The notes under the pieces: model-generated
What the model was told of the DNA's origin: nothing
Database searches by the model: none
Seen by the model: only the letters and a program-made list of their open reading frames with translations
Source: an uncultured delta proteobacterium
GTDB lineage: Bacteria; Myxococcota; Myxococcia; Myxococcales; Myxococcaceae
DNA: 64,000 nucleotides
Assembly: GCA_963713045.1 (NCBI GenBank)
Contig: CAVQKE010000003.1
Location: 672,001-736,000 of the forward strand
Reading direction: 5' to 3'
Shown: positions 21,088 to 30,300 of the stretch, piece after piece
How positions within the stretch are numbered: position 1 is the first letter of the stretch
Layout of the letters: each line of letters opens with the position of its first letter
Program-made: the position numbers and the translations under genes

Positions 21088-21990
21088 TCAGACTGGCACT
21101 CCGTACACGCTGCCCGTCCGCTCCTCCCCCACCGGGCCGCCCGCAGCCGGCGCAGGCTCGGGGTTGCTGGCGACGAGGCGGATGGTTTTTGACTTGAAGG
21201 AATGCGCCTCGTCCGGGAAGGCGTCGCCCCGCACTTCGGCGAAGAAGGTTTCGGCCGCCGAGCGGGTGGTGGCGTAGAGGTCGGCGTAGCGCTTGACGAA
21301 TTTCGGTTTGAAGTCGGGGTTGAGGCCGAGCAAGTCGTAACAGACCAGCACCTGGCCATCGCAGTGCACGCCGGCGCCGATGCCGATGGTGGGAATGCTG
21401 AGGGCGGCGGTAATGTCCTGGGCCAGCTCCATCGGCACCCCTTCCAGGACCAGCGCGTAACAGCCGGCCTGCTGAAGGGCGAGCGCGTCGCGGAACAGCC
21501 GGCGAGCGGATTCCTCGTCCCGGCCCTGGACGAGGTAACCCCCCATCTTATGCACCGACTGTGGCGTGAGGCCGATGTGGCCCATCACCGGAATGCTGGC
21601 TCGAATCAGCTGGGCGATGGTGTCGGCAAACTCGGCCCCGCCCTCCAGTTTGACGCTTCCGGCGCCCCCTTCGGCCACCAGCCGGCCGGCGTTTTTCACC
21701 GCGTCGACGGCCGTCGTCTGGTAGCTGAGGAAGGGCATGTCGCCCACCACGTGCGCCCGCCGCGCGCCGCGGCTGACGGCCCGCGTGTGGTACACCATCT
21801 GCTCCATGGTGACCGGGAGGGTGGAGTCGTTGCCCTGCACCACCATTCCCAGACTGTCCCCCACGAGGAGGATGTCGGCGCCGGCGTCGTCGAGGACGCG
21901 GGCGAAGGTGGCGTCGTAGGCCGTCACCATGCAAATGCGTTGGCCGGCCTGCTTCTGTCGCTTCAGCGTGTGGATGGTGACCTTGTCCAC
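21088..21990 (-). CDS. panB: 3-methyl-2-oxobutanoate hydroxymethyltransferase
   Basis: [44 protein letters not shown]. Confidence 0.97.
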   Translation of the reverse strand: MDKVTIHTLKRQKQAGQRICMVTAYDATFARVLDDAGADILLVGDSLGMVVQGNDSTLPVTMEQMVYHTRAVSRGARRAHVVGDMPFLSYQTTAVDAVKNAGRLVAEGGAGSVKLEGGAEFADTIAQLIRASIPVMGHIGLTPQSVHKMGGYLVQGRDEESARRLFRDALALQQAGCYALVLEGVPMELAQDITAALSIPTIGIGAGVHCDGQVLVCYDLLGLNPDFKPKFVKRYADLYATTRSAAETFFAEVRGDAFPDEAHSFKSKTIRLVASNPEPAPAAGGPVGEERTGSVYGVPV

Positions 21991-22177
21991 GGGTTCACCT
22001 CCGTTTTGACTTCGGGTGGGGATGTCGCTTTTGTGTGACTGCGGGGCCGTTCACCGTTCCGCTTCAGAATCGCCGTTGGCCCGTTGCGGCACTCTAACCC
22101 CCTCGGACTGGCCGGCTGCCAGCCGAAGTCACTTTTCGCACGCCCAAGCGGGAGTTCCGTCCCGGCTGAATTTCCCC

Positions 22178-22825
22178 CTAGCGAGGCCGGGTGTCGGCCA
22201 AGGGCAGGTAGTGGTGCACGCCCTTGCGCATTTTGCGGATGACGGACACCAGGTTGTCCAAGTCGGCCTCGTTGTGGACGAAGTCGATGTCACTGGTGTT
22301 GATGACCAGCAGCGGCGTGTCGCTGTAGTGGAAGAAGAAGTCGTTGTAGGCGGCCGCCAGCTTGGCCAGGTAGTCGGCGTCGAATTGCCTTTCGTAGTCC
22401 CGGGCGCGCCGGCGGATGCGCTGCAGCAGCACCTCCAGACGCGCCTGCAGGTAGATGACCAGGTCCGGCTGCACCACCCGGGGCCCGAGGGCCGCATACA
22501 CCCTTTCGTACAGCGACAACTCGTCGGGCTGTAGGGTGAGGGTGGCGAAGATGCGGTCCTTGGCGAAGACGTAGTCGCTCACCGTCACCTGGGCGAACAG
22601 GTCCTGTTGGCTGAGAGCCTGCTGCTGCTGGTAGCGGCTCAACAGGAAGAAGAGCTGCGTCTGAAAGGCGTGCGCCGCTCGGTCCTTGTAGAAGGCCTTG
22701 AGGAAGGGGTTTTCTTCGACCCGCTCCAGCACGGGCCGGCCTTCTAGGCGCTCGGCCAACAGTTTGACGAGGCTGGTCTTCCCCACGCCAATGGGCCCCT
22801 CAACAGCGATGTAGCGGTGCTCCAT
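22178..22825 (-). CDS. Deoxynucleoside kinase
   Basis: IAVEGPIGVGKT, ENPFL..FY, QLFFLLSRYQQ, PDLVIYL. Confidence 0.92.
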   Translation of the reverse strand: MEHRYIAVEGPIGVGKTSLVKLLAERLEGRPVLERVEENPFLKAFYKDRAAHAFQTQLFFLLSRYQQQQALSQQDLFAQVTVSDYVFAKDRIFATLTLQPDELSLYERVYAALGPRVVQPDLVIYLQARLEVLLQRIRRRARDYERQFDADYLAKLAAAYNDFFFHYSDTPLLVINTSDIDFVHNEADLDNLVSVIRKMRKGVHHYLPLADTRPR

Positions 22826-23010
22826 GGCTGTCTTGTGCCCTCCGTCGCGGCGGCTGGAGGAGAAAATGAAGTCAAGCATGCGCCGGAAGCCGCTTCAACG
22901 CGTGCATTGGTGGGGTGCTTCACCCCAGGGGCGCTCGGCCGTTGACAAGCCCTGCGGCGGCTTCGCTAGCATTGCAGCTCCGGTGGGCGACCAGCTCCCC
23001 CCCCGGCCCC

Positions 23011-23262
23011 ATGCAACCCCGCAGAGCGAGAGTCCGCCCGCGAGACACCGGTGAATCTCGAAGCGGTGCTGCGCCCGAAGAGGCGCGCCACGGCGCTGCC
23101 ATGCTGCGCCTGGCGCTCGAGTTGAAGAAGCCCGGGGCCCCGGCGCTGGACGCACTGGTGACGGAGCTCGCCCGCAGCATGCGCCTGCACGAGCCATCCT
23201 TCCGCCGTTTCCTCGCCGAGCAGGGCGAATTCTTCAGCGCGCTGGCCACCGGACGCGGCTGA
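23011..23262 (+). CDS. Small hypothetical helical protein (alternative start 23101)
   Basis: GC3-rich codons in MLRLALELKK...; TTGACA upstream; no recognisable motif. Confidence 0.5.
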   Translation: MQPRRARVRPRDTGESRSGAAPEEARHGAAMLRLALELKKPGAPALDALVTELARSMRLHEPSFRRFLAEQGEFFSALATGRG

Positions 23263-23321
23263 CGCCGGGGGCAGCGCGTCCACGCTCGTCGTTCGACGCG
23301 TAGACGCTCCCGGGACTGGCA

Positions 23322-23346
23322 CCGCCTCTTCGCCGCCGAAGGGGCG
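23322..23346. terminator. Hairpin between convergent genes
   Basis: CGCCTCTTCG-CCGC-CGAAGGGGCG stem-loop; no U-tract. Confidence 0.4.
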
Positions 23347-23381
23347 ACGTTGGCCCGCCGGGGGGCAGCTGCACTGCAGCC

Positions 23382-24050
23382 TCACTCCAATTCGAGGGGG
23401 AAGACGGCGGACTCCACAATTCGCCCGTCGGGCAGCGCCGCCTCGACACTCCACCGCAACCGGGCGCCCGCGGGCTGTGCAGACAGCGCCTCCGGGGGCA
23501 CCTGGAAGTCCGTCGTCGACAGGCCCAGCGCGCGGTGCAACAGCTGCAGCGAGGGCGTCATGACTGAAATGTTGTAGCGCAAGGCATTCGGGTAGGGACT
23601 CCAGCGAAGCACCACCGCGTCGCGAGGCTGCCGTCCAGGTGCAGTCCGGGAGACGATGGCGGCTGCCGCTTCGCCACGTTCAGCGTCCGGCATCAACGCA
23701 GGCGATGGGACGTCGTGCCCGTGGACCAGCACCACCGCGGCTAGGGCCGCCGCAAGCAGCCCAGCGCCGTAGACGGCCGCCAGGCGCTGGCGTCGCATTC
23801 GCGGCGGGATGACGTTGCCGGGCGCTGCCCCAGCGGTGGCCGCCCGCTGAAGCTCGAGCGCAATCCGCAGGGCCTCGGAACATTCGGCGCACCGGGCGGT
23901 GTGGGTGGTGACTTGACGCAGGTCCTCGAGAGACAGTTTCCCCAACACGGCCTCCCACAGCCGCTCGGGTGCGGGACAGTCGGAGCGCAGCGTCTTCGGA
24001 CGGCTGTCTTGGAACCGTTCGACCAGAGCGTCTGTATCGGACTCAAGCAT
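23382..24050 (-). CDS. Zinc-finger (ZAS/zf-HC2) transmembrane anti-sigma factor
   Basis: CP..ERL....HTARCAEC (HxxxCxxC), TM LAAVYGAGLLAAALAAVVLV, C-terminal beta-rich domain; overlaps the ECF sigma stop. Confidence 0.85.
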   Translation of the reverse strand: MLESDTDALVERFQDSRPKTLRSDCPAPERLWEAVLGKLSLEDLRQVTTHTARCAECSEALRIALELQRAATAGAAPGNVIPPRMRRQRLAAVYGAGLLAAALAAVVLVHGHDVPSPALMPDAERGEAAAAIVSRTAPGRQPRDAVVLRWSPYPNALRYNISVMTPSLQLLHRALGLSTTDFQVPPEALSAQPAGARLRWSVEAALPDGRIVESAVFPLELE

Positions 24051-24567
24051 CGCGCACGCCCTTCTCCTCAAGGCACAGTCGCAACTCCTTGAGGCCGCGG
24101 TAGAGGAGGTTTTCCACCCGCTTCTCGGTCCAGCCAGTCGCCGTTGCCGTCTCCACCGTCCGAAAGCCCTGAAGGTACAACGTCACTGCAATGCGTCGCT
24201 CGTCCAAAAGCCCTTGCAGACAGTCGTCAATCGCGAGGCCAACCTCGGGGCTACTGGCTTGGCCTTTCGCTTGTGAAGCCACTTCTCGCGCGTACGCTTG
24301 CCCGCGCCTTCGTTTGCGCAGTTCGTCGATGACAACGGTGAATGCCACTTTCCAGGCGTATGACGCTTCGGGGGCGGGGTTTCCCTCACCCAGCTCGGGG
24401 CGCTCTGCCAGTTTGAGGAGGGCGACCTGGACCAGGTCCTCCCGGACGGAGGCCAGCTCGGGCGGACAGTGCTTGCCGACGGCCCGCACCAGGACGGCGC
24501 GCAGTTGCGCCCACGGTCCAACCGACTCAAGCAGACTGGTCGACGCTGGCGCCTGCGGTCTCTTCAC
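24043..24567 (-). CDS. ECF sigma factor (alternative start 24609)
   Basis: Region 2 EDLVQVALLKL..SYAWKVA..VVIDELRKRRR; region 4 CLQGL..ERRIAV.LYLQG....ETA..GW..KRVENLLYRG. Confidence 0.88.
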   Translation of the reverse strand: MKRPQAPASTSLLESVGPWAQLRAVLVRAVGKHCPPELASVREDLVQVALLKLAERPELGEGNPAPEASYAWKVAFTVVIDELRKRRRGQAYAREVASQAKGQASSPEVGLAIDDCLQGLLDERRIAVTLYLQGFRTVETATATGWTEKRVENLLYRGLKELRLCLEEKGVRDA

Positions 24568-24596
24568 GCAAGCGTTGACTATAGTCCCGCCATCGC

Positions 24597-27387
24597 GTGC
24601 CTCCGCCACCTGGAAGTTCTCTTCCTCCTGCTGAGCGCGGGAAGCGCGGCGTCGACCGGCGGCCTAGACATGGTGACGCGCTGCCTGGTGCAGCAACAGC
24701 AGCAGCCCAAGTCCGTCGCCCCCTACCAATGCCTGATGGCGGCGGCCGCGCAGGGTAACGTGCCGGCCGTCGAGAGGGCCTTGGCGCAGCTGCGGCGGCG
24801 CTTGCCGGACGACCCGAGGCCCCTCTTCTACGCGGCCTTAATGCGGACTTTTAGCGAGGAAAATGTGCCCGACGAGGCGTACGAGCGGGCCGTCGTGGGG
24901 TTTCGCCGCGACGGCGAACCCGTCGGTCGGGTCTATTCCTTGACGACCCTCGCCGCGAACCGCTGTTTCAGCCATTCGTTGTGTGACGAGAAAACCGAAG
25001 ACCTCCTCACCGAAGCTGAGGTGGTGGCGGAGGGCTCCGGAAACGTCCATCTGCGACGGTTGGCCCAGCTGTTCTGGCTGCGCGAGGCGATGCATGCCGA
25101 CGACGCCGGGCGCGCCGAGCGAGCGCTGGCGCGCCTCGAAGCCACCCCGGGCGAGGACCCACCCTGGCTCGGCCAGCAGATTTTTGAGATTCGCGGACGC
25201 GCCGCCCTGTTTCTCAACAACTACCACCAGCAATACGCCGTCTACGCAGAGATGCTGGCTGCAAGTCCTGCTGGCGGTGCCATGCACGCCAGCGCCTTGG
25301 GAAACATGGGCCAAGCCGCTGCGCACTTAGCCGTTCGCGGCGAGGCCGACCGCCGCACGGCCGAGGAGCTCCTCCGCCGGGCCTTGAAAGAACAGCAACA
25401 ACTCGGACTCGAAATGACCATTAGCGGGGATGGCCTGCTCCGCACCACCGAAAGCCTCGCTGCGCTCCTGGGACCGACCACCGAGTCGATTCGCCTCCTC
25501 GAAGCCAACCTCGCCCGGTACGCCGGGCGAGGCCCCAGAAAGACGGAGGCACGAAACCCCTACCGGTCCGAGTGGCTGCTCGCCCGCGACCTCGTCGACT
25601 CGACGCCACCCCGGGCTGCCGAAGCCCTGCACCTCGCCGACGAATCGGTCGAGCGCGCCGCCCAGGCGGGGAGACAGTTGGAGCATGCGCACGGTCTTTT
25701 GGTTCGGGCCTATGTGCGCTGGAGAAGTCGGCAGCGTGAAGAGGCACTGCAGGACGCGAACGCTGCACTGGGCGAGATGGAGCAGCTGCGAAGCAAACAA
25801 GAGGACGTCGAGATTCGCATCCGCTACGAGGACGCGCTGGCCTTCTCCTATGAATTGGTCGCGGGCCTTTTGCTCGACCCCACCACTGGACGTGTCGAGG
25901 GGAAGGACATGGAGAGCGCCTTCAGCGTCATGGAGCGGCTGCGAGCGCGCGCCCTCTTTGAAAATCTCTTGGCCCGCGGGCGCGTCGGAGACGCTCGGGT
26001 GCAGCACGAGACCGCCTTGCGTCGACAAATTCTGCAGGCCCACCAGCGACTTCTCGACCCAGCCACGCCGCTCGACTCTCGAACAACAGCCGTGAACCAG
26101 TTGCGAGAAGCCGAGCGAGCCCTGGCACATTCCCAACACGCTGCTGTCGCCCTGGCCGAGCCACCCACGCTGGCCCAGGTTCAGGCGGCGCTGGGCGCCC
26201 AGGAGGCGCTGGTTTCCTTCCAAGTCTGGCGTGCAGAGGCTCCGCAAGACGCCTCCTACACGAATGGACACTCCTGGGCCCTGGTGGTCACCCATTCGGG
26301 GACGCGTGCCGTTGCACTGCCGAATGGCGATGCCTTTGAGGCCCAGTTGAATTTCTTCCGTCAGCTGCTGGAAGCGCGCGATGGCTCCGAGAAGCAAGGT
26401 GGCCTGACCTTGTATGACGCCCTGTTGCGGCCGGTGGTGGAGGCGCTGCCTCCGGGGATTGAGAGCCTGGTCCTCATTCCAGATGGGCCCTTGCATCGTC
26501 TTCCGTTTGACGCCCTCTTCATGTCCCCCAGCGGACCCTACCTTGCCGAGCGCTTCCGGACGTCTTTGGTCCCCTCGGCGGCCATTTGGCTGCGTCTCCG
26601 CCAAGGCGCCGGCGCGACGCCGGGCTTGGCCTTGGCCGTGGCTGACGCGACCCAGGAAGATGCAGCGGCTAGCTCAGGAGGCGTTGGCTTCGGTCATCTC
26701 GCTGGACTGACGCAGGCGGAAGGCGAAGCGGCCCGGGCCGTCCGGGCTTTCCCCGCGGGAAGCCAGCTTTTGACGGGCGTGACCGGGCCACGTCTGGCGT
26801 CGATGGACTTGGCGCCCTTCGCGCTGCTCCACATTGCGACCCACTCCTTGGTGGACCCGCTCCGTCCAGAGCGTTCCGGCGTGGTGCTGGACTCCGGGGC
26901 GGCTGGGACCGCGGCCCTGCTGGACACCGAAGCAATCTCCCGGCTGTCGCTGGAAGGAAAGGTGGTGGTGCTGGCCTCCTGCGAGACGTCCTCGGGACTG
27001 ATTCGTCGGGGAGAAGGGGTGATGAGTCTGAGTCGGGCCTTCTTCGCCGCCGGCGCGCGAACCGTCATTGGAAGCCTGCGCCGCGTGCGAGATTCTGAGT
27101 CGGCCGCGTTTTTCGACGCCTTCTACGCGGCCCTGGAAACGGGCCTGACGGTGGGAGAGGCCCTGGGCCTTGCCAAGACAACACGGCTGCGTGCCGGCGC
27201 GCCGGCCGCCGCCTGGTCTGACTTTGTGCTTTTGGGTGATGCGACGGCGGCCCCTCGAGCGGCGAAGCCAAAGGGCCGCGACGCGCTCCTTGCAGTCTTC
27301 CTCGGGACTGGCGCTGCCCTGGTCGCCGCCGGCGTTGTCGGGCTCCGCCGCCGGCGCCGCTCCTGGCACGCCGCAGTACGCGCCTAG
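24597..27387 (+). CDS. CHAT-domain (caspase-like, clan CD) protease with helical/TPR-like N-terminus and C-terminal TM anchor; start uncertain (first in-frame ATG 24670)
   Basis: LVLIPDGPLHRLPFDAL, LLHIATHS, VVLASCET, GEGVMSLSRAFFAAGARTVIGSL, FF..FY..L, WSDFVLLG; TM followed by RRRRR at the C-terminus. Confidence 0.9.
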
Positions 27388-28376
27388 TTGAAGTTGTATT
27401 GCAGGACAATGAGCCCCAACAGCGAGGAGAGGAATACCTCGGTCGAGCCGACGACGGGGGCCCGCACGTAGTCAATCTCCAGGCCCACGTTCAGGGGCTT
27501 GACGGCGGTGTAGAAAATGCCGGTTTGCCAGCGGAATTGGAGAAACCTTGTCTGGCTCGCGCTGAACGCAGTCTGGAACCCGGCCAGAAACCCAATCGGC
27601 ACCTTGCATGCCGGGTTCAGGTCGAAGTCGAACACGCCGTTGAGGAGAAAGAAGCTGGCGGCGTTCGTCGTCTGGCCAAGGTTGTCCTGGGTCGTCGCGT
27701 TGGTGAACTGGTAACTGGCCGAGAAGGTGAAGCCCACCCACTTTTCAATCGCCCAGGCACCCACGAAAGCAGGCTGGAACGTGTAGGAGCCTGCGCTGGT
27801 GACTGGAGAGACAATGTCGCCATGGTCGATGCTCTCCTGCACCGTTTTGAGGATGTTGAAGAAGATGGAAGGCCCGAAGGTAACGTCGAGGGAACCACCG
27901 AGCCGCAGGTTGTCTCCCACTTTCCAGCTCAGGGTCGTGCCAAGCCCGGCCTTGACCACGGCATTGGTGCCGACAACGGCCACCCCGCTGCTGTTGATGC
28001 CGCTGTAGCCGGTGACCTGGAAGTCAACCCGAACTGCCCACCAGGGGAGAAACCCGTACTGATAGTCGAGGATTTGTGCATACCCCCCCACCTCGTAGTT
28101 CGCCAAGGTAACCGGGTGGCCTGCAATGCTGTACGTAAACCCCGCCGCCGTCCCGTAGCCGAAGCCGGTCTCGCTGGCGACATAGGTCGAGACGAAGGGG
28201 TCGAGGCTGAAGCGCGAAGGGATGAAGTTGTGCCCGGCGAGCTCGCGCCGCAGCTCGGGAGCGTCCTCTTGCGCCCGCGCCCTGGCCGGAAAAAGGCAGA
28301 GAAGCAAGACGCCCAGGACCAGGGCTTGCGGCCAAACGCGCTGCGCCGATGCCCACAGTTTCCGAAACACGTCCAT
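27384..28376 (-). CDS. Exported putative outer-membrane beta-barrel protein
   Basis: Signal peptide ending ARA-Q; alternating aromatic/hydrophobic strands; ends LQYNFN; GGAGGAGG RBS. Confidence 0.65.
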   Translation of the reverse strand: MDVFRKLWASAQRVWPQALVLGVLLLCLFPARARAQEDAPELRRELAGHNFIPSRFSLDPFVSTYVASETGFGYGTAAGFTYSIAGHPVTLANYEVGGYAQILDYQYGFLPWWAVRVDFQVTGYSGINSSGVAVVGTNAVVKAGLGTTLSWKVGDNLRLGGSLDVTFGPSIFFNILKTVQESIDHGDIVSPVTSAGSYTFQPAFVGAWAIEKWVGFTFSASYQFTNATTQDNLGQTTNAASFFLLNGVFDFDLNPACKVPIGFLAGFQTAFSASQTRFLQFRWQTGIFYTAVKPLNVGLEIDYVRAPVVGSTEVFLSSLLGLIVLQYNFN

Positions 28377-28458
28377 CGCCCCTCCTCCTTCGGGTGACCG
28401 GCGGGCCACACTACCGCAGGGCCAGCGTCGAGGCAGCCCCCGGGGACTCTGCCTTTCG

Positions 28459-29286
28459 TCAGCCGCGCTGGGCCAGTGCGCGCTCCACCGCGGCAAATTC
28501 TTCGACCGTCAACGTTTCGGCGCGGCGGGTTGGGTCCAGATGGGCGTCTTCCAGGGCGGCCCGCACCCTGGCAGCTGTCCCCAGCGCCGCATCGGACTGA
28601 AGCGAGTTGAATAGCGTCTTGCGCCGCTGCGCGAAGGCCGCCTTCACCACCCGACGGAAGTGGGCCTCGTCCGTCACCTCGGCCCGCGGGACGAGGAGCG
28701 AGGAAAGCCGCACCACGGCCGAGTCCACTTGCGGCGGCGGGTGGAAGAGGCCGGCGGGCAGCGCGAAGAGGAGGTGCGGCCGGAAATAGAGGCCGAGCAG
28801 CACGCTGAGGAGGCCGTAGCGACGGCTTCCCGGCTCGGCGCACAGCCGCTCGGCCACCTCCTTCTGCAGGGTGAAGACGGCGCGGCTGATGCGGGCGTGC
28901 TGCTCCAGCACGCTGAAGAGGATGGGACTGCTGAGGTGGTAGGGGAGGTTTCCCACCACCGCCACCTTGTCCGCACCCGCCAGATGCGCGAAGTCCACCT
29001 GCGCGGCGTTGGCCGCCACCACCGTCAGCCTTTCGTTCTTCAGCTCGCCCAAGGCCTCCACCATGTCTCGGTCGCGCTCCACCGCCGTGACCCGTGCGCC
29101 CGTCTCCAAAAGGGCCCGTGTCAAGTGGCCGAGGCCCGGGCCAAGTTCCACCACGGGTTCATCGGGCTGCAGCTGCAGCGCGGCGGCAATGCGCTCCAGG
29201 GCGTCTGGGTCGCCGAGGAAATTCTGTCCCCAGCTGTACTTCGGGCGAAGCCCTCGGCGGCTGAGGATAGAGCGCGGGGACTCCAC
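28459..29286 (-). CDS. rsmA: 16S rRNA m6,2A1518/1519 dimethyltransferase
   Basis: GQNFL, VELGPGLG.LT, VGNLPY, QKEVAER, F.PPPQVDSAV, FAQRRKTL. Confidence 0.96.
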   Translation of the reverse strand: MESPRSILSRRGLRPKYSWGQNFLGDPDALERIAAALQLQPDEPVVELGPGLGHLTRALLETGARVTAVERDRDMVEALGELKNERLTVVAANAAQVDFAHLAGADKVAVVGNLPYHLSSPILFSVLEQHARISRAVFTLQKEVAERLCAEPGSRRYGLLSVLLGLYFRPHLLFALPAGLFHPPPQVDSAVVRLSSLLVPRAEVTDEAHFRRVVKAAFAQRRKTLFNSLQSDAALGTAARVRAALEDAHLDPTRRAETLTVEEFAAVERALAQRG

Positions 29287-29288
29287 GG

Positions 29289-30287
29289 CTACGGCCTCCA
29301 AGCCGCGTCGACGGCGATGTCTGCCGAGGGCCGGACGCCCCGGCGGTAGGCTTCATACCCGGCCACCGCCACCATCGCCCCGTTGTCGGTGCACAGCCGA
29401 GGCGGAGGGAGAAAGACGCGGATGTCCCGCTCGGCGGCGCGCTGTTGCGTCAGTGCGCGCAAGCGGCTGTTGGCCGCCACGCCACCGCACAGCACCAGTT
29501 GGGGGACACCCAGGCGGCGCGCCGCAGCCACCGCCTTCTGACTGAGGGCATCGGCCACCGCTTCTTGAAAGGACGCGCAGAGGTCCGCCAACGCCTGGCC
29601 CTGCGGCACCCCGTGCTTTTGCAGGTGGCTTCGCACCGCCGTCTTCAGGCCGCTGAAGCTCCAATCCACCACGTCCGGCGCATTCATCGCCCGCGGGAAG
29701 CGAATGGCGCGCGGGTTTCCCCCTTGCGCCAGCGCGTCAATGGCTGCGCCCGCTGGGTAGGGCAGCCCCAACAGTCGCCCCACCTTGTCATAGGCTTCGC
29801 CGGCGGCGTCGTCGCGCGTGGTGCCGATGCGGCGGTACCGCCCGAAGCCCTCCACCAGGTAGAGGCTGGTGTGTCCCCCGGACACCACCAGCCCGACAAA
29901 GGGCGGCTCCGGCGCGTCTTCGGTGAGGCGAATGGCCAACAGGTGCCCCTCCAGGTGGTTGACGCCCACCACCGGCACGCCGGTGGCCGCCCCCAGCGCC
30001 CGGGCGGTCTGTAGCCCGACGAGGAGCGCCCCCAGGAGCCCCGGGCCGGCGGTGACGGCAATCAGGTCCAACCCCTCCAGCGGTACCTGGGCCCGCTGCA
30101 GGGCCGCGTCCACCACCGGCAGCACCTGCACCACGTGGTTGCGGCTGGCCAACTCGGGCACCACCCCGCCCCAGCGCCGGTGGATGTCCACTTGGGTGGA
30201 GATGACGTCCGAGAGCGCGCGTCGGCCGTCCTCCACCACCGCGGCGGCAGTCTCATCGCACGACGTCTCTAAGCCCAGCACCAGCAC
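29289..30287 (-). CDS. tsaD: tRNA N6-adenosine threonylcarbamoyltransferase
   Basis: LGLETSCDET, GGVVPELASRNH, HLEGH, VSGGHT, DDAAGEA.DK, SFSGLKT, TDNGAM. Confidence 0.97.
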   Translation of the reverse strand: MLVLGLETSCDETAAAVVEDGRRALSDVISTQVDIHRRWGGVVPELASRNHVVQVLPVVDAALQRAQVPLEGLDLIAVTAGPGLLGALLVGLQTARALGAATGVPVVGVNHLEGHLLAIRLTEDAPEPPFVGLVVSGGHTSLYLVEGFGRYRRIGTTRDDAAGEAYDKVGRLLGLPYPAGAAIDALAQGGNPRAIRFPRAMNAPDVVDWSFSGLKTAVRSHLQKHGVPQGQALADLCASFQEAVADALSQKAVAAARRLGVPQLVLCGGVAANSRLRALTQQRAAERDIRVFLPPPRLCTDNGAMVAVAGYEAYRRGVRPSADIAVDAAWRP

Positions 30288-30300
30288 GCTTGGTAGGCGT

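Noticed and set aside
22905..22975. TGGGGTG-CTT-CACCCCA hairpin and TTGACA-19nt-TAGCAT as a tRNA or MerR-type promoter
   Set aside because: No cloverleaf or T-loop; no clear dyad in the spacer and no MerR gene nearby
23263..28458. CHAT/ECF block as a mobile element or CRISPR type III-E locus
   Set aside because: No integrase, transposase, tRNA site, flanking direct repeats, cas genes or repeat-spacer array visible; the short CGCCGGGGGCAGC near-repeat occurs only on the left side
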